Assembly (NCBI GenBank): GCA_003345545.1
Contig: PRDH01000016.1
Location: 1-52,946 of the forward strand
DNA: 52,946 bases
Direction: 5' to 3'
Source: Candidatus Thorarchaeota archaeon
Lineage (GTDB): Archaea > Asgardarchaeota > Thorarchaeia > Thorarchaeales > Thorarchaeaceae
Shown: in pieces, positions 40,552 through 48,406 of the stretch
Position numbering within the stretch: position 1 is the stretch's first letter
Layout: each line of letters opens with the position of its first letter
Notes under the pieces: generated by a model
What the model saw: the letters and a program-made list of their open reading frames with translations, nothing else
Databases searched by the model: none
What the model was told of the DNA's origin: nothing
Position numbers and translations under genes: made by a program

Positions 40552-41044
40552 CTCTCACGTGCTCTGTCAGGAGACGCTCCAGACTTGCAGCAATCTCCTC
40601 GGCGACTTCTTGAATCTCAGGACTTAGTCCCTCTCCGAACTGTATGCTTTTCGGCTGGACCCCCAGCAGAATTGTCCTGCCACCCGTTTCCTGTTCTAGA
40701 TACATCATTAGAAAGGACAGAGGCATGCTGTGTGTACTGATATTGATACCACCAATTCTATCTTTTGTGACAAGTTCAACATGACCAGGGGATTTTTGCA
40801 TATCTGCAGCATCAATCATAATGACCCGCTCTGCTCCGAATTCAGCAAGAGGACGTGCAAATCCTTCAGGGACCGACCCTACATTCTCAATCAGGATATC
40901 TGGGTCATCCAGACTGAGAGATTCGATTATGAAGAGACCAAGTCCATCGTCTGTTCTAAGATCGTTGCCAATGCCTAGGACTGCTATTCTTTTTGCGTCT
41001 GAGATGAAGTCCTTGAGTGCATCTTCAAAACCTACGTCGGTCAC
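40526..41044 (-). CDS. hycI: Hydrogenase maturation protease (HycI-type)
   Basis: LGIGNDLRTDDGLG, IDAAD, STHSMPL. Confidence 0.9.
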   Translation of the reverse strand: MTDVGFEDALKDFISDAKRIAVLGIGNDLRTDDGLGLFIIESLSLDDPDILIENVGSVPEGFARPLAEFGAERVIMIDAADMQKSPGHVELVTKDRIGGINISTHSMPLSFLMMYLEQETGGRTILLGVQPKSIQFGEGLSPEIQEVAEEIAASLERLLTEHVRGVRDVSND

Positions 41045-41138
41045 AGTATTGAGTCAGTCCATAATGCTATAGTTCTTGTGGCACGACGAAGGGTTTTTCA
41101 CGCAATCCGTCGGGCTAATCAGAGTAGGCGAGTACTAG

Positions 41139-41777
41139 TTGCCAAATGAGAACAATGAGCCTCCGGACCAAGAAGACTATGAGGAAGACCTAGAGTACGT
41201 GAGTGAAGAGGACGGCATCAGCGAACCTGAGGGCGAACCAGCGGGAGTCGTTTTTGACAACGGAAAGGGCTATGCTTCAAGTGAAGATGCCGACAGACTT
41301 TCACAGCAGGGATTCTATGGTACCCGAATTGAAGGGAATAGACTAGAACTCGAACCTGTTGAACTCCTTCATCTTGTTGAACGAAAGAGGGTCACCGTGA
41401 CTACTCCCTCAGGTGATAGTGTCGGGTCCGATTATATTGTCAGTACATTGTTGGAAAAAGATCCTGACCTTTGGGTGAGCTATCTTGTCTTCAGGGACCT
41501 CAGAAGCAGAGGATATGCAGTTCGTAAGGGATTTGGGCGGGGTATTGGATTTCGAGTCTATGCCCGTGGTGACCGTCCTGGAGCTGCCAATGCAAAAGAG
41601 CTTGTCTACGTTCTCAAAGAGGGAGTTCCAATATCTCTCAGTGATTTGGATCTAGTGACCCAGACTGCAGCCAGTTCTAGAAAGAACCTAGTGTTCGCGC
41701 TGGTTGATCAGAATGGAGAGGTTAATTTCTATAAGGTTGCAAAGTTGACCTTGCGAAACCTCAGTGGTGATAAATGA
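41139..41777 (+). CDS. endA: tRNA-splicing endonuclease subunit, probably the non-catalytic structural (beta) subunit
   Basis: LELEPVELLHL, LVFRDLRSRGY, FRVY, LVFALVD; the catalytic Tyr and His positions read Arg and Asn. Confidence 0.85.
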   Translation: MPNENNEPPDQEDYEEDLEYVSEEDGISEPEGEPAGVVFDNGKGYASSEDADRLSQQGFYGTRIEGNRLELEPVELLHLVERKRVTVTTPSGDSVGSDYIVSTLLEKDPDLWVSYLVFRDLRSRGYAVRKGFGRGIGFRVYARGDRPGAANAKELVYVLKEGVPISLSDLDLVTQTAASSRKNLVFALVDQNGEVNFYKVAKLTLRNLSGDK

Positions 41778-43045
41778 TGAACGATGAGGACGATAGTTTC
41801 GAGAGTGAGGAGATACTCACTCTGAAGGCATTCTTTGATGAACACACAATGAGTGTGCACTTGATTGAGAGGAATCCACCTCGTGCCAAGAGAGGAACCC
41901 CAGGGAATTGGGAACTCATTGAACTCTCTGATCGGATTCTGACCTACGACGAACTCGATATTCTGGCTGAGGCCATCATGGAAACAGCAGAGCATGATAA
42001 GGATTCATTCATTGAGATTGAGGAAGAGGGCGCAGCAGTTGTGCAGCTACGGAACATGAGAATTGCAATCGCTAGACGTCCCTTCGCTGACAAAATGGAG
42101 ATTTCTGCAATCAGACCTATTCTGAAACTCAATCTAGAAGACTATCATCTGAGTTCCAAGCTGATGAAAAGGCTTGAGGAACGAGCGGAGGGCATACTCG
42201 TTTCTGGTTCGCCTGGTTCGGGTAAGAGTACGTTCGCAGCGGCATTAGCTGAATTCTATGCACACAAGGGTAACGTTGTGAAGACACTGGAACAACCGAG
42301 AGACCTGCAGGTAGAGGAGTCTATTGTACAGTATTCGCCTCTTGATGGCAGCATGGAGAAGGCCGCTGATATCCTCCTCTTGGTCAGACCAGATTATGTG
42401 ATCTATGATGAGCTACGAAAGAACTCTGACTTTCAGGCCTATGCCGATCTTCGGTCTGCAGGAGTTGGAATGGTAGGCGTTGTTCATGCAGGGTCCTCTA
42501 TAGATGCCCTTCAACGATTGCTTCTTGGTGGACGAGTTGAACTGGGTCAGGTACCAAGCACAGTTGATACAGTTGTTCATATCGAAGATGGAAGAGTAGC
42601 AAAAGTGAATTCGCTCTCATTGAAAGTGAAACTCCCTACTGGTATGAGTAGTTCACAGAGGGACCTTGCACGACCTGTTGTTGAGGTTCGCGACTTTGAA
42701 CTTGGTCTGCTTGAGTATGAGATGTTTACCTTCGGAGGAGAAAAAGTCGTGGTACCTGTGAGAAGTGTCATGCCTTTTGCTGCTAGGGGTGAAGAGAGGC
42801 GCCGTGGCGTTCCTGGGGAAACCGTTCCGGTTTCTTTGAGCTATAGTAAGAAGAAAGTCACAGTCACTGCTGGCAGGAAATATTCAAAGCAAAGAGTAGA
42901 GCTCTTCGCAGAAGATCAGTATGTGTTGACCACAGTCATTGGTGGAAATGGAGAGAGCTCGATTCGGGTGAAGACAAGACAAGGGGCAGCCCTAGTAGAT
43001 GCCATGGAAGATGGACTGAAGATAACTGCCAAGATAGTCGATTAG
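41774..43045 (+). CDS. PINA-like (PilT/VirB11-type) ATPase lacking the N-terminal PIN domain
   Basis: GSPGSGKSTF, EQPRDLQ, LLVRPDYVIYDELR, GVGMVGVVHA, DLARPVVEV. Confidence 0.85.
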   Translation: MMNDEDDSFESEEILTLKAFFDEHTMSVHLIERNPPRAKRGTPGNWELIELSDRILTYDELDILAEAIMETAEHDKDSFIEIEEEGAAVVQLRNMRIAIARRPFADKMEISAIRPILKLNLEDYHLSSKLMKRLEERAEGILVSGSPGSGKSTFAAALAEFYAHKGNVVKTLEQPRDLQVEESIVQYSPLDGSMEKAADILLLVRPDYVIYDELRKNSDFQAYADLRSAGVGMVGVVHAGSSIDALQRLLLGGRVELGQVPSTVDTVVHIEDGRVAKVNSLSLKVKLPTGMSSSQRDLARPVVEVRDFELGLLEYEMFTFGGEKVVVPVRSVMPFAARGEERRRGVPGETVPVSLSYSKKKVTVTAGRKYSKQRVELFAEDQYVLTTVIGGNGESSIRVKTRQGAALVDAMEDGLKITAKIVD

Positions 43046-43099
43046 AAAGATACATTTGACAAAAGCTTTAACAACAGACAACCATTCGAACATCTCTCA

Positions 43100-43232
43100 G
43101 GGCCCGTGGCCTAGCCTGGTCATACAAAGAAATATTCTTGTATGTGGAAGATAGGGCGCCAGCCTCCTAGAATAACGAAAGATTATTGGAGAGAGTTGGT
43201 ATTCCCCGGTTCAAATCCGGGCGGGCCCGCCA
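43100..43232 (+). tRNA. tRNA-Arg(CCU) with two introns (19/20 and 37/38)
   Basis: Cloverleaf after removing 43120-43150 and 43170-43193 (BHB CTCC/GGAG); CCA. Confidence 0.93.
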
Positions 43233-43245
43233 TTTTCATTCATGA

Positions 43246-43941
43246 CTACCTTTTGAGTACATAGGCACCATCTTCTGTACCTATATGGACCTCATCTGCC
43301 ATCCCAGCAAAAATCCCGGTTTCAATCACCCCAGGAATCAGCTTTAGGTCAGTTGCAACTTGAGAAGGAGTCAGGATTGGTTTCGGAAACTTGAGGTCAA
43401 GGATAAAGTTACCATTATCAGTCACCACAGGACCCATCTTTTTCGTAGCCTGCCGAACTGTGGACTCAACACCCATCTGTTTGATTTTCCTTTGAACCAT
43501 TCCCAGAGAGAAAGGAAATACTTCGACAGGAATCTGAGATTTCGTGCCAAGATGATTTACCAGCTTCGATTCGTCAGCAATAATGATAAGCTTCTTGGAT
43601 GCTGAGGCCACAATCTTCTCCCGAAAGAGTGCACCTCCTCCACCCTTGGTGAGGTTCAGCTTCTTGTCGATCTCATCTGCACCATCAACAGTGAGCAAGA
43701 GCTCAGGATTGATATCGAGGTTAGTGAGTGGAATATTATAGTCAATTGCAAGCTGATACGCTTGATAAGAGCTGGGTACCACAGCCACTTCAACCTCTCC
43801 AGAAGCGATTCTCTGACCTAGTTCTTTCGCAAAAATAGCCACTGTAGAACCACTTCCCAGGCCCATAGCTCCTCGCTTTGGAATCACTTCAATAGCGCTC
43901 TTTGCAGCATTCAGCTTGACATACGACATGGTTTTAGACAC
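43246..43941 (-). CDS. rpiA: Ribose-5-phosphate isomerase A
   Basis: GLGSGST, DGADEID, KGGGGALFREK, VVTDNGN. Confidence 0.97.
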   Translation of the reverse strand: MSKTMSYVKLNAAKSAIEVIPKRGAMGLGSGSTVAIFAKELGQRIASGEVEVAVVPSSYQAYQLAIDYNIPLTNLDINPELLLTVDGADEIDKKLNLTKGGGGALFREKIVASASKKLIIIADESKLVNHLGTKSQIPVEVFPFSLGMVQRKIKQMGVESTVRQATKKMGPVVTDNGNFILDLKFPKPILTPSQVATDLKLIPGVIETGIFAGMADEVHIGTEDGAYVLKR

Positions 43942-44036
43942 CAGCTTCAGTTTGGACTAGTCTGGCAAAAAGTCTTCCTAGAAGAATGATAGCTTAGTTT
44001 TAGGACTGAAAAGTCCACAAGAACTGCGGCTCTTAG

Positions 44037-44993
44037 CTAATCGCCGCCCATGAGTGCCTTAAGACGCTCCATCTCCTGAAGCATTTCAGACTGCAGAGAG
44101 CTCTTGCCATCCGTTGATTTCAGAGGGGTTCCACCAAGAATTGCACTGCCAAGACCTGAGCCACCAGGGGGGCCAGCACTAGGAGCAACACCGCTTGGAG
44201 GACCGCCACTCGGAAGAGCACCACCTGGAGGACCACCTACAGGAGCACCACCACTGGGAACTCCACCTCTTGGCGGACCACCGCTCGGAGGACCGCCAGC
44301 AGGAGGACCACCGCTGGGTGGGCCACCACTTGGAGGGCCACCGCTTGGGGCGCCGCCTCCAAGAGGACCACCGCTCGGTCTGCCTGGGCTTACTGCACCC
44401 GGTACACCTACACTTGAAATGGGTGTTTCACCCAATTCTTCGGCTTCTACGGTGGTACCAGACATTGCGGCGAGCTTTTGAAGATAGTCTGACCGTGCTC
44501 TATCTACTGCAGAGGAGGTATCAACGATGGCCTTGAGTTCTTGGTCCTTGGCGACTGCATCCCGAACTGCAGCAAGTCGATCTTCATAGACCTGAGTGAC
44601 CTTGGACTTCATCGACTCATCCAGATCACCTTGTTGCACATAGTAGTCCACTGCAACGAGTGCTTGTTGAATTGCGTTTTCTTCAACCTTGAGAAACACG
44701 AGAGCTTCTGCTGGAGTCTTCAGGAACTTGAGTTTCTTGACACCAGCCATGCCTGCAGAAACATCACCTGTCGAGGCGATTATCTTCTTGATTCCTTCAT
44801 CTACTCCAGAGCCGCGACGACCACGACGTACCAGTACAAGAATAATTATGAGAAGAGGAGACACTGCGATGATGAAGAACCATGCCTCAGGGCCAAATGG
44901 AATTCCCAAGGGTATAAAGAAGTCAGATATGGGTCGGAATAGCCCGATTACGAATTGTGTGAAGGCTTGGTAAATTTCTTGCAATTGGCTCAC
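44037..44993 (-). CDS. Membrane-anchored protein with a helical region, (PSGGP)n tract and C-terminal amphipathic helix
   Basis: TM WFFIIAVSPLLIIILVLV followed by RRGRR; 15 pentapeptide units; SLQSEMLQEMERLKALM. Confidence 0.8.
   Translation of the reverse strand: MSQLQEIYQAFTQFVIGLFRPISDFFIPLGIPFGPEAWFFIIAVSPLLIIILVLVRRGRRGSGVDEGIKKIIASTGDVSAGMAGVKKLKFLKTPAEALVFLKVEENAIQQALVAVDYYVQQGDLDESMKSKVTQVYEDRLAAVRDAVAKDQELKAIVDTSSAVDRARSDYLQKLAAMSGTTVEAEELGETPISSVGVPGAVSPGRPSGGPLGGGAPSGGPPSGGPPSGGPPAGGPPSGGPPRGGVPSGGAPVGGPPGGALPSGGPPSGVAPSAGPPGGSGLGSAILGGTPLKSTDGKSSLQSEMLQEMERLKALMGGD
44154..44378 (-). repeat. Degenerate 15-bp coding tandem repeat (about 15 units, PSGGP)
   Basis: Plus-strand units such as GGAGGACCGCCACTC, GGAGGACCACCTACA, GGAGGACCGCCAGCA. 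Confidence 0.9.
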
Positions 44994-45212
44994 CTACTGG
45001 TACATCATCTGATGATGCACTTCTGAGTACTATTTTACTTTTCGTGTAAGCATTAGAGTTTGTAAGACACACGTGTGATGCGGTTCAGTCAACCAAGGCG
45101 ACTGTCCGCACGTCTTTCTTGCGCACAGTGACTCATAAACATGTCCTTGATGAACATCACTTACTACGACCCAATTTACCTTAATTGGGTCCATTTGTAA
45201 GGTGATTAGTGA

Positions 45213-45764
45213 GTGACCAATATGAATCTAATAGATCCATCAATTGAAGACTATGTGCTACATGAAAAAGCATGGAAGTTCGGCGGTGGCGATATCTACA
45301 ATCCACAGGGTGAGAAAGTAGGTTCAATGAAGAGGAAGCTCATATCGATGAGAGCTGAAATCGAATTGAGAAACCCTGATGACTCGGTGGTTTGTATAAT
45401 CAATAAGAAGCTAGTAAGTGCCCGTCCAATCTATGATGTGAAGACTCCCGAGGGCGAACTGATAGGAAGAGGCAAGAGACCCATGGTCGCTATCCGGGGA
45501 TCTGTAGACATGTACGATGCTAATGATGTGATGATATACAAGGCACAGGGCGGAGTCATGAAGTGGGACTTCACAATAACAGATCCTAATGATAAGAACA
45601 GAATCTATGCTCAGATTAAGAAGGGTGACAAGTGGAGAGATATCTTCGCTCCAGCCTTCAATTTCAAGGACCGTTATGTGATTCACGTCGCAGATCCGAT
45701 GGCACCAAGAATGATGCTGCTCGCCTATGCAGTTATCATCGATAATGTCTATCATGATAATTAG
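45213..45764 (+). CDS. LURP-one/scramblase (tubby-like) family protein
   Basis: Repeated DIYNPQGEKVG / DVKTPEGELIG beta units; C-terminal hydrophobic helix LLAYAVIID. Confidence 0.8.
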   Translation: MTNMNLIDPSIEDYVLHEKAWKFGGGDIYNPQGEKVGSMKRKLISMRAEIELRNPDDSVVCIINKKLVSARPIYDVKTPEGELIGRGKRPMVAIRGSVDMYDANDVMIYKAQGGVMKWDFTITDPNDKNRIYAQIKKGDKWRDIFAPAFNFKDRYVIHVADPMAPRMMLLAYAVIIDNVYHDN

Positions 45765-45816
45765 AGAAGCTACGACGAAAACTCTATAATACATTCAGAG
45801 GTAACGTGCAGTTCGT

Positions 45817-45923
45817 GCCCCAGTGGCTTAGAGGCTATAGTATCTCTGCTTGCTCACAGGTACGGCAAAAGCGGCTGACTTGTAATCAGCAGGTCGCGCG
45901 TTCAATTCGCGCCTGGGGCTCCA
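45817..45923 (+). tRNA. tRNA-Thr(UGU) with a ~31-nt D-arm intron (about 22/23)
   Basis: GCCCCAG/CTGGGGC acceptor, GCTGA-CTTGTAA-TCAGC; intron about 45839-45869; CCA. Confidence 0.92.
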
Positions 45924-45969
45924 CTCTTTCTTAGGTCGAACCGATTAATACCTGTAATACAGGCGCCAT

Positions 45970-46245
45970 TCAAATGTATTGAGTTCCCACAATCCAATAG
46001 ATAATGAGAGAGATAATCAGACCAACAGTTGCTACAGCCAGAAAGGACATCTTCTTTGTCTTATGGCGAAACTTGTACATACCACCAAGTATCCCAATTG
46101 CACCACCAATGATTCCGAGCATCTGTAGAGTGACTTCAGCAACACGCCACTGATTTCTTTCTGCCTTTCTCTTGTCCCAACGCATCGCTAGAAATGCCAC
46201 AGCGTTAATTATTACTAGATAGAGCAGAGGAAACCAATAGATCAT
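45970..46245 (-). CDS. DUF1294 family membrane protein
   Basis: DKRKA..WRVAE..GGAIG..FRHKTKK. Confidence 0.9.
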   Translation of the reverse strand: MIYWFPLLYLVIINAVAFLAMRWDKRKAERNQWRVAEVTLQMLGIIGGAIGILGGMYKFRHKTKKMSFLAVATVGLIISLIIYWIVGTQYI

Positions 46246-46266
46246 TTCTGCGAGCTGCAGGGGTGT

Positions 46267-47469
46267 TCACATCCTTTTTGCAGACTCCTCAAGTGCTGAT
46301 ATCAACTCCAATTTCTTTCCAGTGAGGAAATTGATTGTGGCTCCGCCGCCTGTACTGATATGGGTGATCTTGTCGTCAAGATGCATCTTCTTCGCCATTG
46401 CTCCCATGTGGCCACCGCCTACTACTGTGATGCCCTTGCAGTCTGCAATCGCCTTCAGGACTTTCATAGTGCCTTTGGCGAAGATCTCTTTCTCGAAATA
46501 CCCCATGGGGCCATTAGCAAAGACAACCGCTGATTTTCTGATAATGGAAGCATACTTTTCTGCACTCTTTGTGCCGATGTCTAGGAAAGGATTCCCTTTC
46601 ATCTCAGCGAAATCGCAATCGACTCTCTTGCCAGCGTCAATTGCAGCATCCTGAGGAAGAATAAGTCTGTCACCATGCTTTGCTAGCAGTTCTCGAGCTG
46701 TTCCTACAGCAGCGTCGAATCCTTTGATTGGTTTGGAGTAAGTCTCCGGAACTTTACTAGCTGCAATCAAGAATAGAGTACCAATGAGGCCTCCAAGAAG
46801 TGCATTATCGACACGGCCTGTTGCCAGGAGCTTGCTGAGCGTAGATACCTTGTCTTCTACCTTGCTACCACCTAGAACTAGAGTCCAAGGGTGTTTGTCG
46901 GTACTTGTTGCAGCGGTCAATGTGCGGATTTCTTTCTCCACTAGTCTTCCTGCAACAGATGGCAATACTGTAGTAAATCCAACTATTGATGCTTGAGACC
47001 TGTGAGAAGCGCCAAATGCATCATTGACAAAGAGATCAAAGAGTGGATACAGCTCCTGTACTATCTGTTCCTTAGCAACTTCACTGGGGGGGGCCTTCTT
47101 TAGTTCACCATCAAAGTATCGCACATTCTGAAGTACAAGTATCTCTCCCACCTTGACGCGATTGATCGCTTTCTTTGCCTTTTGGCCGAATATGTCATCG
47201 ACAAAAGCAGCGTTGAATCCCAGTTTCTTGAGAAACTCAGTGTGCTGCTCCAATGAGATAAAATCGTCACTACCAGGACTTCCTTGGTGAGCCATCAAGA
47301 CGACCTTGCTCTTCGAGAGCTCATCCAATGTTTCACGTACCGCCTCAATTCGTGAAAAATCTGTGATCTTCTTTGTTTCTGGATCCACTGAACAGTTCAA
47401 ATCAACACGAAGCAGAACTCGTTTGCCAATATAGTCAACATCATCCAACGTCTTGAAACTGATAGACAC
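46267..47469 (-). CDS. pgk: Phosphoglycerate kinase
   Basis: LLRVDLN, NDAFGASHR, LGGSKV, NGPMGYFE, ISTGGGA. Confidence 0.97.
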   Translation of the reverse strand: MSISFKTLDDVDYIGKRVLLRVDLNCSVDPETKKITDFSRIEAVRETLDELSKSKVVLMAHQGSPGSDDFISLEQHTEFLKKLGFNAAFVDDIFGQKAKKAINRVKVGEILVLQNVRYFDGELKKAPPSEVAKEQIVQELYPLFDLFVNDAFGASHRSQASIVGFTTVLPSVAGRLVEKEIRTLTAATSTDKHPWTLVLGGSKVEDKVSTLSKLLATGRVDNALLGGLIGTLFLIAASKVPETYSKPIKGFDAAVGTARELLAKHGDRLILPQDAAIDAGKRVDCDFAEMKGNPFLDIGTKSAEKYASIIRKSAVVFANGPMGYFEKEIFAKGTMKVLKAIADCKGITVVGGGHMGAMAKKMHLDDKITHISTGGGATINFLTGKKLELISALEESAKRM

Positions 47470-47542
47470 TTCCCATCACCGATTTTTGGACGAAGTAGAT
47501 TCCGAATAAAGAACTTGTTGGAAAGAACAAGTCGTTGAGCGA

Positions 47543-47854
47543 TTAGAGCTGGCCAGTCAGTATTGCCATGGCAAATGACTCCAACAATGATTCATGTGGA
47601 TAATGAATAGGCATGAAATATCGGGTGCCTTGTTTGAGTGTAATGATCAGATTCTCGTCAGAGCAGACTCTCACCAGTACTATTATTGCATCAAGTGTCC
47701 AATTTGTGATATCAACAGCACCAGACCAAGACATATCACGAACCATTTCTTCAAAGTATGCTTGATTTTGACAATTCACGATTCTGCCCAGTGCCTCAAT
47801 TTTGGTCTGCCTATCATCGATATTGCCTTCGGCGTACAACGGATCTGGGATCAT
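47543..47854 (-). CDS. Hypothetical protein
   Basis: ORF only. Confidence 0.5.
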   Translation of the reverse strand: MIPDPLYAEGNIDDRQTKIEALGRIVNCQNQAYFEEMVRDMSWSGAVDITNWTLDAIIVLVRVCSDENLIITLKQGTRYFMPIHYPHESLLESFAMAILTGQL

Positions 47855-47898
47855 GCAGTGAGGTCCAAATCGATGCTATTAAACACCGACAAGTTTCG

Positions 47899-48108
47899 CT
47901 ATGCACGGTAATACTCCAGTTCGCATGCTACCTCAGAAGTTTTCGACCGCCAATAGACTGCCCATTGCTGGTTCTTTGTCTTGGATAGGAACACATGACT
48001 GTTTTCCTTCATCTCCCGAGCAAGAGTGATTGCATCCAACATGTTGTCACGGACACCTGCCAGTCTGTATACACGCCCACCTACTAGCTTCCACTTCTCG
48101 TCTGTCAT
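47899..48108 (-). CDS. Small hypothetical protein
   Basis: ATG with TTATAAA box about 25 nt upstream. Confidence 0.6.
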   Translation of the reverse strand: MTDEKWKLVGGRVYRLAGVRDNMLDAITLAREMKENSHVFLSKTKNQQWAVYWRSKTSEVACELEYYRA

Positions 48109-48174
48109 ATTGTTCAGTGATATTCGTTCTTTATAATCCCGTAATCCAGTGGGGTTGATAGGATCCAGAAAGAG

Positions 48175-48311
48175 TGCCGCAGGAGGGCTTCGATCCCTCG
48201 ACTTCGAGATTTCTCATCTCGTAGCGCTTCTTCTCATTGACCCCAGTCGTTTCATGGATGACTCCACGAAGATTATGAGTCTCGCGCCCCGCCAGTCTAG
48301 GCTACTGCGGC
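48175..48311 (-). tRNA. tRNA-Met(CAU), elongator type (G1-C72), with a 63-nt canonical intron; CCA not encoded
   Basis: GCCGCAG/CTGCGGC, CGAGA-CTCATA|A-TCTCG, BHB CTCA/TGAG; intron 48211-48273; T-loop ATCGAAG. Ile2(CAU) is not fully excluded. Confidence 0.88.
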
Positions 48312-48406
48312 ATTTCTACGGATGGTTATTGAGAGTGTCGTAGCACCCGTTCAGAGGTCAGCCATTGGTCCATCTATTAAAGTTAACTTTCAGTCGGTGT
48401 GAAACA

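Noticed and set aside
44104-44536. Plus-strand Pro/Gly- and His-rich ORFs
   Set aside because: Antisense shadows of the coding repeat in 44037-44993.
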